This document shows, piece by piece, positions 24,022-37,628 of a DNA stretch of 64,000 nucleotides. Position 1 is the first letter of the stretch, and the number at the start of each line of letters is the position of its first letter. The notes under the pieces are model-generated. The model saw only the letters and a program-made list of their open reading frames with translations, did not search any database and was not told the origin of the DNA. A program made the translations under genes and the position numbers. The stretch comes from Eledone cirrhosa (taxonomy: Eukaryota). The stretch covers positions 8,556,001-8,620,000 of the forward strand of contig OZ024743.1 of the NCBI GenBank assembly GCA_964016885.1. The letters run 5' to 3'.

Positions 24022-25240
24022 GATTCTATAATAAATAGACGTACAGATTTGTTTTCTATCTGCCTGCATAAATTCCATAGGACTTTTCACAAAGTATACA
24101 GTTAATATTCAATTCTTTATCAATTTAGAATCTTTTCTCAAAGGCACATATACATACACCTCTTTAAAATATACCCATCTTCCTACCTTACTTTAAAGGG
24201 CATTATACACTCTATAATACTTGTTTACTCATTACCCTCATTCTATCTTCACCTTGTAAAATCCTTCATAACATATACATTTGTTTTTTTGACGTTAGAA
24301 TATTCATCCGCAATCATTATTATTTTTTCTCTCTATCATAAATCTTTTTAATCTCAATTTCATCCTTAATTTATTATTTTTTTCTCCCCATCAACGAACT
24401 CATTCTTAATACATATTAACTCTTTATTCGCATATATTATCAATTCCTTCAATATACAAACTTTAACTTCACATTATTTTTCTCAAATCCTTCTACACAC
24501 AAACCTTAATAATTTTTCTCTTCGTTAATTTTGAAATTGCCACAATACTTATCAACATACACTTTTTTTGACGTTAGAATATTCATCCACAATTATTATT
24601 TTTTCTCTCTATCTTCATACATAAATTCCCTTCGTTAATTTTCAAATTCCTTTAATTTATACATTATCTTCCAGCGGTTCTCAACCTCTCTATGTAAAAC
24701 AATATATCTTTTTCTCAGTTATAAAAACTATCTCTTTCTCTCTATCACCCATCTCTCCCTCTCCACCTTCACTCTCATCTCCTCCCCCTTTTTTCATCCT
24801 TTCCACACACCCCCCTCCCTAAATAAAATATTTTTTCCTCGCACATATCCTCCCTTCGTTAATTTTCAAATTTTTTTAATTTATACATTATCTTCCAACG
24901 GTTTTCAACCTCTCTATGTAAAACAATATATCTCCTCTCAGTTATAAAAACTATCTCTTTCTCTCTATCACCCATCTCTCCCTCTCATCTCCTCCCCTTT
25001 TTCATCCTTTCCACCCCCCCCCCCCTCTCTAAATAAAATATTTTTCCCAATATCACACATCAATCTAAAACCACTTTTCATATGTTGATTTAAAACTGCT
25101 CTATCCACAAGTGTTTTTTAGCCTTCATATCATGTTCTCCTGTTTTATCTGATGAAAACACAAATATTATTGCATGATGATGTTTGTTTTTGAAATGCGC
25201 ATAATAAAATACATGGAACTCCTTTAACCATCTTTTGATC
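24022..25240 (+). mobile_element. Penelope-like element 3' end (ORF tail, UTR with internal tandem duplications, HHR)
   Basis: [16 protein letters not shown]..stop resembles the PLE C-terminal LNxRxELxxxCRH motif; 24628-24835 is duplicated at 24853-25045; (TA)n at both ends. Confidence 0.65.
25143..25209 (+). ncRNA. Minimal type I hammerhead ribozyme
   Basis: Stem I ttttat/ataaaa; CUGAUGA; imperfect stem II aaacacaaa/tttgttttt; GAAA; palindromic stem III tgcgca; UA site. Confidence 0.65.
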
Positions 25241-25241
25241 T

Positions 25242-25289
<48 letters not shown>

Positions 25290-25743
25290 ATGCTGATGAT
25301 TTCTCCCGAATGAAACAGTTCTAGTCCTGTAGAAGCCATTTCTATATCAAATTATTTATACCATAAAGTATGTCCATAGAATCATTTGATAATATATATA
25401 TACAATTTCCTCTCCCAATTAGCATAATCAACCACATAAAAAATCAATTAGACCAGGCTATAAGATTAAAAGGCTCCTATGAAGAAATATTTGATAAATA
25501 AACGACAGCAATCTCTTCGCGGCCGACCGCCATAGAATATTTACCCAACATTTCAACAGCACGTGGAAATCGACTAAATATACCGTCAACCATACACAAT
25601 TAGGTATAAAATTAAAGTTAGAAGAAATGCATACACTCTTACCAGGATTATTATGTCTCTACACTCGGGTTTCGTTCGTATTTTGAGATATCCTATTAAG
25701 GATAAAATCTTGAATTTCGAACTCGTCAGGAAACAAACTCATA

Positions 25744-25809
<66 letters not shown>

Positions 25810-26533
25810 GTAAATTATATAAGTTGATAATACAACAGTAAGCATTCAGATATTTAAAGCTCACATGTGGGTTTTTTTCAATATCCAGATTAGGGAAAGA
25901 CAGTGCAGAGGTAAATCCAGTTAGTAAACTTCCGGTCATTGTAGATTTGTAAATCACAGAGCATGTATAAGGACAGAAAATAGATGATCAATGTTTATCA
26001 ATTAATACATTATTCATTTATAAATAAAATGAATAATGTAGTAATGGTTAACCCTTGGTGATCTATCATTAGCGTTATATATATTTATATAGATTATTTG
26101 TGAGCACTCGCTCGTGGGTGCATTAATCTATACAGGCAGCAACACTATACACACCAACTATTAGAGTACTCGATACTTGGAATAGTAGAGTGTGACTATA
26201 TCAGAGAGAGTCGCGGCCCGACAGCTGAGCTCTTGCAGTTTCGACTGGAATTAACTGTCGAAACGACAAGAGCTCAGTCCCGACTCTCTCTAATATAGTC
26301 AAGCTCTACTATCCCAATTATCGAGTTTTAAAACTGGTAAAATCACAATGTGTGTGTGCGGGGGGGGGTCAGATTGGAGGCGGTAAAACCCAGTTAGACA
26401 AGTACTCGATACTTGGGGTAATAGATTGGGTAATATGAAAAAATGAAGGACTCCGACGGCTGAGCTCCGGCCGTTTCAACAGATTGGAACGGCAGGAGCT
26501 CAGCCGCCGGGGTCCTGAATTTTTTCATATATT

Positions 26534-26685
<152 letters not shown>

Positions 26686-26909
26686 CGGTTCTTATATATT
26701 TGATATATATTTATCCTTATCGAGCACTCTTTGGATTTTAGTCTTCAAATTTATTATTATTACTATATATATATATATATACATACATACATACATATAT
26801 ATATATAAGTAAGATGTATGGTAGGTCGTATGTGAATCGCGATGATCACGAAACGGCTGTCGGCAATAAACTTGTAATAATGTCATAATAGTTCCTTTGT
26901 TCTTTTTCA

Positions 26910-26985
<76 letters not shown>

Positions 26986-26986
<1 letters not shown>

Positions 26987-27014
26987 TAGCTGACGTACCC
27001 AGCTTCGCCCGGGT
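26986..27014 (-). mobile_element. Helitron 3' terminus
   Basis: a|ctag followed by hairpin acccagcttcgcccgggt. Confidence 0.5.
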
Positions 27015-28158
27015 AAACAGATGATAAGAGAAGACAGGTAAAAGAGAAAATGACTGTATTGGATGTTTGTCTGGTTACAGTATGAGTCGAGTCCGTGGTG
27101 TCTGTGTGATACAGAAAACAGTAAAAAAAATCTTCCAGATATACCAGATTCTTCGTTGTACCGTTTGTGCATAGTATATGAACAATTCTAGGTGCTCCCA
27201 CCTAGAATAGTGACCTCTAGAAGATGGTTCACTGGGATGACGCTGTGCGATGTCTGTATTTTTTAAAAATGCAACACGTGGTTCGAGTTATTCACAGATT
27301 TGCATTTGCTTTGTAAACGCAGATAGTTGGATCTTCTCCTTTGGTGACCATCCAGGATTTGACTACTGTGATTTACTGATTAATTGGTGAAATATATTTT
27401 TTATTTAAAGAAAGGAGATTAATCATTTTAAAAGGTTAAACTTTAATTGGTTACCTACCTAGCTATGTGTGCTTACATACTTTACAAATTATTCCCTGTG
27501 ATTGTTCCATATATTTATTTTATATATATATATATGTCAATCTATTTCTAGTTGATATAAAATGCTTCAGTTGCTATGAACTACTTTGCTGAATAACCCT
27601 CTCCAACCAAACAACTCGACGCAGCCATTTTATTGTATCTCACTTCCTACGTCCTACACTAAACATTTTGTTCAATTATTCCATCCCAGAATTATACATC
27701 TCTAAATTCAAATCAATATTATCTGTTCCTCATGTAGCTAATGTACATTTTTGTTCATAAACGACTTAGCAAAGAGACAATTGCATTAGTTTATCAATAA
27801 ATAATAGTTTGAAAGAAATAAGACAAACTGCTCAGGTGAACATATTGTGAAGTGAAATATAGAAAATTGAGATAGATCAGAATATGGTGTTAAATCGTCC
27901 TTTGCTAAAGAAGAATAACAATACAAAATATCAACCATCACTATAACAATAACATTAATACTAACAATATAAAATGTGGAGACATTTTATCGAATAAGAG
28001 AAAACAGAATTGACTGCAGCGACTTTTGAACCCAATGACATTTCCATTAAGTTGAGCAGCCTCATTGACCTTCAGTGACATTTGCAATAATAGGTGCACA
28101 TTTTTTTCTCATATATATTAACTTATACAGTGAAAGTATTTGGTTCTTTAAACTGTAA

Positions 28159-28207
<49 letters not shown>

Positions 28208-28437
28208 GTATAGAAATTATTGTGAGCGTGAAGCCAACAGTATTTCATAATGTATAAGTGACTATAACGTCAAAATGGAAAAATAGTTAACGTAAGATGT
28301 GGGAAAATAATTCAAACTCAATTAAGAAAAAAAAAATTAGGACACAGAATTTTGTGAAATCCAGGGAAAAATCAATAAAATAAATAGAATAAAATAAAGC
28401 TTAAATACTCATCTTTCAATTTGGAAAAACTACAAAT

Positions 28438-28516
28438 GCTCTGTATAGTCTTAAAAAGACTATTTCACGAAACTTTCAGTGGGGATGGTCACGTTGGAGT
28501 CGTTCGTCAGCAGAGC
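28438..28516 (-). ncRNA. Type I hammerhead ribozyme (family H1)
   Basis: gctctg-CUGACGA-acga..tcgt-GAAA-tagtctt(ttt)aagacta-UA-cagagc; lies in a repeat (about 28205-28600) homologous to about 57000-57420. Confidence 0.85.
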
Positions 28517-28613
28517 TCAAACACGATAACCTTAGTGTTACTGTTTAGAATATGCCAAAAAGGGAATTTAAAAGCAGGCTAGTTCACATAATGCGTAATT
28601 ATGAAAATAAATG

Positions 28614-28693
<80 letters not shown>

Positions 28694-29632
28694 TCAGTTT
28701 AAAGAACCAAGTACTTTCACTAGTCACAGTACTTTCATAACAGAATAGTTTCTCTGAAACGAATTCAAAGGACTTTGTATGAAAGAAGATACATCGTCAA
28801 TATTTATCATCTTTTTAAACAGAAGATCTCATAACTGTATGAATCTCGCCAGTTTCAGATGTTATGCAATGATCACTCCTTTTCCTCCTTCTTTTCCTTC
28901 TTCTTTTCCTTCTCTTCCCCTAAATAGGACTTTATTATACCACAGTGACACGCCAATGTTTCGTGATACCGGTTTAACTTGAAATGGTGTTCAGTTTGCA
29001 AGAAGGTAAGATGAAATCAATTTCAAATTAGCCCCGAGGATTTCATCTTATCCCCAATAACATCAGATTAGACCATCAAATCATCCCCAATTTCTCTGTC
29101 ATTGTGTTTTTTTTTTATTTTAATTTCCTGATTTAATTATGTCTGTAACTTTATTGTATGTGTGGGTGTTTTCTTGTGTGTGTCTATACGTATATCAGAT
29201 AATTATGATCGCTGATCAAAACATCCAGCTAATGTGTGAAGAATATATGTCTAGTACTTGAAATGCATAAGGGTATTTTGTAACTACAGTTTGATCCGAA
29301 TAGATTGAAAACTAAAATAATGGCCTTTAAATGTTCAGAAAGTGAAACAAATTAATGCTGCAAAAAAAAATTCTTAAACTTTTTTTTTTTTTGGCAATAT
29401 TCTTAATCTTTGATCTTTAAAACGTAAAAAAAGAATTCAAGAGTATTATTTTTTCTTTTTACAAAGGCAAAATAAAAACCTTAGAGAAGTTAGAGGTCAA
29501 TGTAGAATAGTTTTGTGATGTTTATATTTATTCACATTTTCCGACTAGCTTATAATATTGTTTGTTTCCCGTGCTGTAGACAATCAAAGTATCGTGAGTT
29601 GTTAACATTAGAACTTATCATTTTATCGAAAT

Positions 29633-29792
29633 CAGTGATTCCCAAAGTGGGTTCCGCAAAGGAGTGTCTGTGGTTCAGTTAAAACAAGTAGAGGAGGATA
29701 TTTATATTACGACCATATTACAGACTTTGGGGTTCCCTAAAGGGTTCTGAACCGAAAAGGGTTCCGCGTTTCAAAAAATTTGGGAAACCCTG
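29633..29792. mobile_element. hAT (Charlie-type) MITE
   Basis: TIRs cagtgattcccaaa / tttgggaaaccctg. Confidence 0.75.
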
Positions 29793-30175
29793 ATCACCCT
29801 GAGTACCTTTTTGACTTCCATGTGTCTAACACACGTGGACATGCCTACAAAGTCAGAAAACAGCACAGTTCCCATGACTTTCGGAAACATTTTTTCACGC
29901 TCAGAGTTACTGAAGCATGGAACAAACTACCTGCATCAGTGATTAGCTGTCGAGACACTGCATCCTTTAAAACTTCCATGCTTCCTGAGATTCGCCAACA
30001 CTACACCTAATATTCCCCCTCCGTGCACATACACACATGTATATCATGACTCATACACTATTCACTTCCCTGACATTTGTATATTATTCTATGTACTATA
30101 CATGCACCTTTGATGAGTTGTAGTGCACCTGAGTACTGTACACAATAATTTCATTATTATAATTTTTATTATTAT
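29793..30175 (+). mobile_element. CR1 LINE 3' end
   Basis: TRGHAYKV...HFFTLRVTEAWNKLP motif, 3' UTR and (ATT)n tail. Confidence 0.9.
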
Positions 30176-30479
30176 TAAATCAAAGAGGGAAGTAATATGA
30201 ACAGTGATGTATTTGAAACCAGGTTCAGGCTACTCCTGGGGTTAATATAAAAGCGGTGTCAGATAACGGAGAGATTATCTAAAATAGGGGTAACTTTAAA
30301 TCCTTACACTGGAGATACTTCCAATTATTCTTTTGGGTGCATAGGGAAACCCGCTCTGCTTTTGATCAATACAAGGATAAATAATTTTCTTTTTCTCATT
30401 CTTGAAGGAAGGATCCAGGTAAAGAAAGCTTTACTTGGTTACAGAATTCTGTCAAGTAGATATGTTTACAGGTAGTCGT

Positions 30480-30654
30480 GTGATGATGGTGATGGTGATG
30501 GTGATGGTGATGATGGTGGTGGTGGTGGTGGTGGTGGTGGCGGCGGTGATGATGATGATGATGGTGGTGGTGGTGATGGTGATGATGGTGGTGGTGGTGG
30601 TGGTGGTGGTGGTGGTGGTGGTGGTGGTGGTGGTGGTGGTGGTGGTGGCGGCGG

Positions 30655-30685
<31 letters not shown>

Positions 30686-30762
30686 GGTGGTGGTGGTGGT
30701 GGTGGTGGTGGTGGTGGTGGTGGTGGTGATGATGATGATGATGATGATGAAGAAGAAGAAGA
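30480..30762. repeat. Compound (GGT/GAT/GAA)n trinucleotide microsatellite
   Basis: Direct reading. Confidence 0.95.
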
Positions 30763-31156
30763 AACCGAGCCGCCGGTGTCGATTGTCAACTTACAAACAA
30801 TTAAATAATGTACTACCAAAACGTCTTAAATGGAAATGATCTGAAAAACAGTGAACTGATAATCCAAAACCGTATTCAGTCAGCCATTTCATTTCAACAC
30901 CTACTACATTAGTGCATGATAGTTTTACATCTCTGCAAAGACAACTGAAAGGTTGATAGTTGTTTAACTTGAGTGACTCACAAGCAAATCTCATTAAAAT
31001 TATCCATTTGCCAGATATAAAGGTCACAATTGAAATACTAGAATCATTGTGAGCTACTCAAAATGTATGATAACATAAATACTGTTGATAAAACATTGGG
31101 CTGGAATTAGAAGAAAGCTAGTTCATTTCTACCTCAATTATATATGTGTGTGTGTG

Positions 31157-31204
<48 letters not shown>

Positions 31205-31205
<1 letters not shown>

Positions 31206-31385
31206 GTTATTCCGGGTTGAATCGGAGGTAACCACAGTAAGTAAGGTACTCAATACATTGCAGAGTATAAAAGTTTTAATATAGATGAGATTCTACAGGA
31301 CTAGAACTGTTTCATTCTTCAGAAATCATCACGAATCTCTGATGATTTCTAAAGAATGAAACAGTTCTAGTCCTGTAGAATCTCA

Positions 31386-31390
<5 letters not shown>
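31205..31390 (-). repeat. PLE-like repeat (family P2) with 110-bp palindrome 31281-31390 containing ctgatga...gaaa
   Basis: Homologs at 25290-25345, 32698-32750 (inverted) and 51002-51195; (TA)n flanks. Confidence 0.7.
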
Positions 31391-31449
<59 letters not shown>

Positions 31450-31450
<1 letters not shown>

Positions 31451-32670
31451 GGGATAACAGGTTATCGTTATAGGCAAGGAACGATAAAATGCTACTTAAC
31501 AGCAAAATAGAAAGGTCAATTTTCTGCAGACATAGGATTGCTACAAAATTCGCGAGATTTAAACCACCGTGATTCGAACCAACATCATTTAGCATTTAAC
31601 GTATGAAATGCACATTCTCATACAGCCCACTACAGAACCATAATCTTCTATAAACACCTTCTAGCCTCCCTAATTCTATACCACTGGGATATGTCTACAA
31701 CTATCTTATCAGCCCATTAACCAATCCCATCTTTGCTGTTATTCACTCCTTAGGACCAAACAATTATATCTCACATTAGCCCTCATGATCTCTAACAGAT
31801 GAACCTAATTCTAAGTACATTATCTTATTACTCCTACACCCCTTGAAATCTTACTTTCCTCTTATTATTCATATTATTATTATGAACATCTCAATGTATC
31901 CCTAGTATCATTCATCATGTTCTCTATATCTACCATGCATATTTTACTATTTTATTACCTTTATTGTTTCTATTATTGTTGTTATTATTGTCTTATTTAT
32001 ACACGATTTGTTATTGATGTTGTGAAAACTAAACCCCCACGATACGAACTAACAATCCCTACCTTTAGTATAGGCCACTTAAATAACAAATCTACAACTC
32101 CACTTAACACCACATAAAAACTACCATCCTCACTAAATTAATAAAACGAAAATGTTTATCTGTCAGACAATAAGGAAATCCCCGGTGTATTGCCAGCACA
32201 CCTACAGCATAGCAGATACCTCATAAATCCTGTCTCCAAGTACATTTTAGTGGTTACTGTTATCTAGTCGCCACCTTAACACTATATCTAATGTACCCTA
32301 TAGCAGTTTTCACATGTCAATTTCATACATCTGTATAATATCAGTTCGTTTAACATGCTAGATTCATCATTATACTCTATTTCTTACTTATATTGATGTT
32401 ATTATTTTAACTATTTACTATCTAGTTATTTTATTTTATTATTGATATTATTGTTCTGGTTTAATACCACTCCTATATAAAAGCCATGCCTTGTGTATCT
32501 TCTTCATTTCGCGTGCTCTGATGAAAACGACTGGTTGTAAACAAAGTATTGACGCAAAATCAGGCGGGTAGCTAACTCTAGACCTACCAGATCAAAGAAA
32601 CAATTGTCAGCAATGTGAATAAAGCCCTTATTGTATAGCGAACCATGTCACCCATGTCACTCTTCTTTCT
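31450..32670 (+). mobile_element. Penelope-like element 3' end
   Basis: LLNSKIERSIFCRHRIATKFARFKPP-stop (ends 31572) matches the PLE C-terminal motif; TATA-like tatataaaag, HHR and aataaa near the end; (TA)n flanks. Confidence 0.75.
32514..32612 (+). ncRNA. Type I hammerhead-like motif with a long stem II region
   Basis: tgct-CUGAUGA-(72 nt)-GAAA-caattg-UC-agca; stem I is a perfect 4 bp, stem III is palindromic. Confidence 0.6.
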
Positions 32671-32760
32671 TGAATTATATATATATATATATATGCCATG
32701 TATTGAGTACCTTACTTATTGTGGTTACCTCCGATTCAACCCGGAATAACTTATATATAT

Positions 32761-32825
<65 letters not shown>

Positions 32826-32983
32826 AAAATAACATATTAAAGTTTAAGCAAAGAATCGCTGCTTTCACCCTTAACGGGATCTTCTGAAACTATAAATATT
32901 TGCTCTACGGTTCATATATATTTTATATATATTTATCCTTATCGAGCTCTCTTTGGATTTTAGTCTTCAAATTTATTATTATT

Positions 32984-33017
<34 letters not shown>

Positions 33018-33018
<1 letters not shown>

Positions 33019-33212
33019 CGGAGGAAATGTGGTAAGGAACCAGGTGGACCATAACGCACCAAAGTATTCAATACTTAGGGTAGTAGAGTGGGTAATAGGA
33101 ACGAGTAGGACCCCGACGGCTGAGCTCAAGCCGTTTCGACGGCTAATTCTGGACTCAGAATTAGCCGTCGAAACGGCTTGAGCTCAGCCGTCGGGGTCCT
33201 ACTCGTTCCTAT
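33018..33212 (-). repeat. Family P1 copy with essentially perfect 118-bp palindrome (33095-33212)
   Basis: Arms reverse complementary around the loop gact. Confidence 0.85.
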
Positions 33213-33269
33213 ATATATATATATTATAAATAGTCGGGACTCCAGCGACTGAGCACTCGCCATTTCAAC

Positions 33270-33610
33270 AGCTAGATCCGGATGGCGTTCGATGACTGTG
33301 ATTTCAGTGTACCTCCCTGCCCTAGATAGTTATCAGGAATCAATCATGGCTTTTTACCAAGATATACGATTCTACATTCGGACAAGATCTTACTTCTTGA
33401 AGATTTCAATGCCCGTCTCGGAAAGGACGACCACACTGGAATGTTTTAGGACGTCATGTCATGCGCAAGATGAATGTCAATGATCTCCTCTTTTTGCAAT
33501 GTTGCACTGAGTTTGTGCTGGTCGTGTGCAATACTTTCTTTTTTTCAGCTAAAGGAGATTCACAAGGCAACATTGATACATTCGGTGTCCAAACATGGAC
33601 ACATCTTAGA
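33270..33610 (+). mobile_element. RTE LINE endonuclease fragment
   Basis: TVISVYLPA, EDFNARLG and SKHGHILE motifs. Confidence 0.6.
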
Positions 33611-34397
33611 GACGAGATGAAGAAAAATGTTCGATAAGTTTATGAGTTTTATATGGATCAGATTGACACTGGATAGAAACAATTAGCTTGGGAAGGCCTT
33701 CGCCTTGCAGTCAGCAGATAATGGCTGAGTATGGCGATTAATATTATTTGTTATTATAATACGTGTTTTCCACTGGGTATGCATATATGTATGTGTGTGC
33801 GTGCATGTGTGTATTTGTGTATTTGTGTGTGTGTGTGTGTGTGTGTATTTCTGCATGTGTATGAAGAGAAGAGGTGCTTCTAATACTACCTACAGGATCT
33901 CATGGGGTGTAGCTTGAATGTCCACTGGGCTGAACATATCCTTGACCAATAGGATATATTGAATATATAAAATAAGATTGATTATTAAAAATAGCTATTT
34001 GGTAGAAATTATATAACTAAAAAATGCTGTACATACAAAAACAACAGTAGTTAAGTTATAAATAAAAAGCAGAGTCCAAGGAAATTAGTGGTCGACTGCT
34101 TCAGCAAAAAACATTTTATAATAATTTGCACATTTCAATAAGTTTGTATATTGTGAGAAGAGGAGTGTACTGACGTTTCAAGAAAAGCATTCCGTCGGGG
34201 AGAAAGAGAATTCTCCTAGCTTTACTAATAGATAAACTAATATATAAGTAGCTAACGAAAAATTAATTTATAGAGAAAAAAAATACGGTATTAGTCAATA
34301 TGACTTTTGCTAAGTTATGTTCCAAACATCATCTTGATATATTAATATATACATGTCTTTTGTGAACTTATGTTCCAAACACCATTTTAATATACCA

Positions 34398-34582
<185 letters not shown>

Positions 34583-34596
34583 TCTGTGGGGGGGGG

Positions 34597-34894
34597 TAGA
34601 CATTTCGTATTTCTAAAGAAATACGGTCTTAGGAAGCCGTAGCTATGCAAACACCGGGGAGCTAACGCCCTCTGGTGGTGTCCAGCAGAAGCAAGGGGGA
34701 CAACTGTCTATGCATTTCAGGCATGACTGGCCATCGTCAGGACGATTCCTCCAACCGCTTGCGACTGATGGACTTGAAAACAGACGAGAATATATAGTTT
34801 TCTCGTCTGTGTAAATGAGGTGATTAATCTCATTTGCATATGACGCTGCATAAGTTGGGTGAACTTATATTTCTTTAGAAATACGAAATTTCTA
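34597..34894. mobile_element. MITE with ~27-bp TIRs
   Basis: tagacatttcgtatttctaaagaaata / tatttctttagaaatacgaaatttcta. Confidence 0.7.
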
Positions 34895-34935
34895 TACATA
34901 TTGTATAAAGCTATGCTTGAAGCGAAATCTTATTT

Positions 34936-34998
<63 letters not shown>

Positions 34999-35305
34999 TA
35001 CACAATAATCAAAACTATGTTCAAATCATTTTATTGCTGACAATCGTTTGTTGGGGATCATCGGAGCACTACCAAAGTTTGGACATATAATTAACTTCCT
35101 ATTCAACTGAACAATCATATAGATACATGGATATTAATGTTGTCATCAACAGTTTCGTATTTACAGAATGGAATGGATGTGACAGAGATTACAAGGGTAT
35201 AGTATAATTAAAGAGGCATTAAGGTAGAAAGTTACTCGTAAAACGAGGACACTAGCAGTGCAAATGCGTTAGGCATATACAGGACAGCTACAGGACATGC
35301 TCTGT

Positions 35306-35419
35306 AAAGCATCTGATGTATTTACATTGAGCTATTTTTCTTACTGGTAATAAGGTAGTAATGAGTTACTGACCTTTCCTGTTTATAGTTGTATATAGTG
35401 TATATATATAAACTATAAA

Positions 35420-35482
<63 letters not shown>

Positions 35483-36495
35483 CTACACTCCGCGGGCTCA
35501 CATACATTCTCTGTGCGTGATTTGGCTCAGCTCAGCCAATCAGCGCCAGTAGAAGAGAATGTGTCTCTGCGCGCCCTGAAGGAGAAATTCCCGCTTTGAT
35601 TTGAGGGGTCTGTCTCTCGCTTCCTGACTGTGAAAAAGTAAACAACTAACTTTCTTTCGTCGTGAAATCACTAGCCAACATGTAACACAACAAATTAACC
35701 ACGGCCTGGCAACACTTCAGCCAGTGGACCGTGTCTTTTGAAATCCTTAATTCGTTTGTTTTATAACTCTTGGCATGCCTGCTCTACTCAGCTGTACATA
35801 ACTCAACCTTGTTAAATAAATAATGTAAAACCAGACAAAGTTCGTTGTCGATGTTCTTACCACATCTTTCTACAGAACTGGTCACTCGTGGCGCTACTAC
35901 CAATAACTTGTGCGGCCTTTATAATGATAAACTCAATAACAGCAGGGGGTATTCGATACGTGGTATTCCGACTTGATGTAAAACCATTAATTATCATAAT
36001 AACCCTCGTTGTTATATATATATAATAATATTATTTATAGTTATAAAAGTTAGAGTTATAAAAGGCGGTGGATTGGCAGTATTGGTAGAGGGTCGGACGC
36101 CATGCTTTGACGTATAGAGTTACGGCCCTTGCCATTCTGAGTTCAAATCCCGCCAAGGTTAATTTTGCCTTTCATCCTTACGGGGTCGATAAAATAAAGT
36201 ACCAGTAATGTACTGGGTAATTGCTGGCCTTGTGCCTAACGTAGAAACAATTATTTATAGTTATATATACACTATATATAACTATAAATAATATCTTTGC
36301 CTTTCATCCTTACGGGGTCGATAAAATAAAGTACCAGTAATGAATGGGAAATTGCTGGCCTTGTGCCAAAAGTAGAAACAATTATTTATAGTTATATATA
36401 CACTATATACAACTATAAACAGGAAAGGTCAGTAACTCATTACTACCTTATTACCAGTAAGAAAAATAGCTCAATGTAAATACATCAGATGCTTT
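35306..36495. repeat. ~115-bp inverted repeat pair (35306-35422 / 36381-36495) around a ~960-bp spacer
   Basis: Arms near identical; a third diverged copy lies at about 46965-47095. Confidence 0.85.
36063..36385 (+). mobile_element. SINE family A copy plus local tandem duplication of its 3' half and flank
   Basis: 36165-36290 is repeated at 36296-36420. Confidence 0.8.
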
Positions 36496-37223
36496 ATTAT
36501 TGATTTTTTTAATCACTATTTCATCAAGACTGGTGGAATCTCTGCTTCACTGATGAGATCAAATATAGCTTAAATATGTTCGGAGTTGTTTCCCGTACTT
36601 GTAAGTAAAATGAAAATTATATTATTCAGTTACCAATGTGGTTTGTCTTCACCACCAGTGCTGTATTTATCCTAGTTATCATGTTACTGTTCTATGTGTT
36701 AAATGCGATATTAATTTATCTATTTTGCAACTTGTCACTCACAAATGCGATCACAATCTCACTGATATATTAGATATCATGTGAATATAGATTAAGTGAC
36801 AAATAGATAAAAAAAAAGTAATAAATTCGAAGTCGGAATTATTGATTTGTATGACAGAGTAGACACATAATGTTGACATTAAAAATAAAACTCGATTAAT
36901 TACTTAAACACTTGAACGAATTTTTTAATTGATTTGATCCCTACATCTTGCTACGTTAGAGTTCACTCAATAAAAAATACTACCAACACCTGGTTAGCAC
37001 GTAACCTCGCAAATATGTAAAACTTTCCAAACATAATAACTATATAGACACTGGTATTACACAAATATATTACAAGTAAAATAGCATATACGTATAATCA
37101 GTGCCGGATTTAGGATAAATGAGGCCCTATGCTAAAACATTTGAACGTTTGACATTTGAAAAACATACATACACACATACATAATACACACATACATACA
37201 TACATACATACGTGCATACATAC

Positions 37224-37465
37224 GTAAACGTTGTCAGAAAAATACAGGAGAAGGAGGACATCTACGGACCATTGATAAGGAGTTTACAAATCCAGTATCC
37301 AAGATACACCTTTAGCTTCATACCCATCGGGTTATATACCAACCCGCTTGGACCAAAGTATGACTGAACTTGGATTTGCGGACAAAGAGCGCAGCTCCCT
37401 AATTCATAGTCTACAAATGGCTGCGATAGCTGGTACCTTCAACATTTGCAAAACATTCTTGCGAT
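37224..37465 (+). mobile_element. Diverged R4/Dong-like REL fragment
   Basis: KIQEKEDIYGPLIRSLQIQYPRYTFSFIPI, homologous to 37629-37967. Confidence 0.7.
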
Positions 37466-37628
37466 TCAAGGGATGACAATTTCTTTTCTTTTACAACCTT
37501 GCCACCAGGAAGGTGGCCGGTCAAAAAAATATACTCGAAATTAAGAGAAAGATATAATACATACGTACGTACATACATATGCACGTACGTACGTACATAC
37601 ATACGTACATACATACACACATACAGAC

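Noticed and set aside
25862-25957. Possible exon MTGSLLTGFTSALSF ending at gtgagc
   Set aside because: No recognisable homology, and its phase does not fit the next candidate exon.
30435-30839. Poly-V and poly-P ORFs
   Set aside because: Trinucleotide microsatellite.
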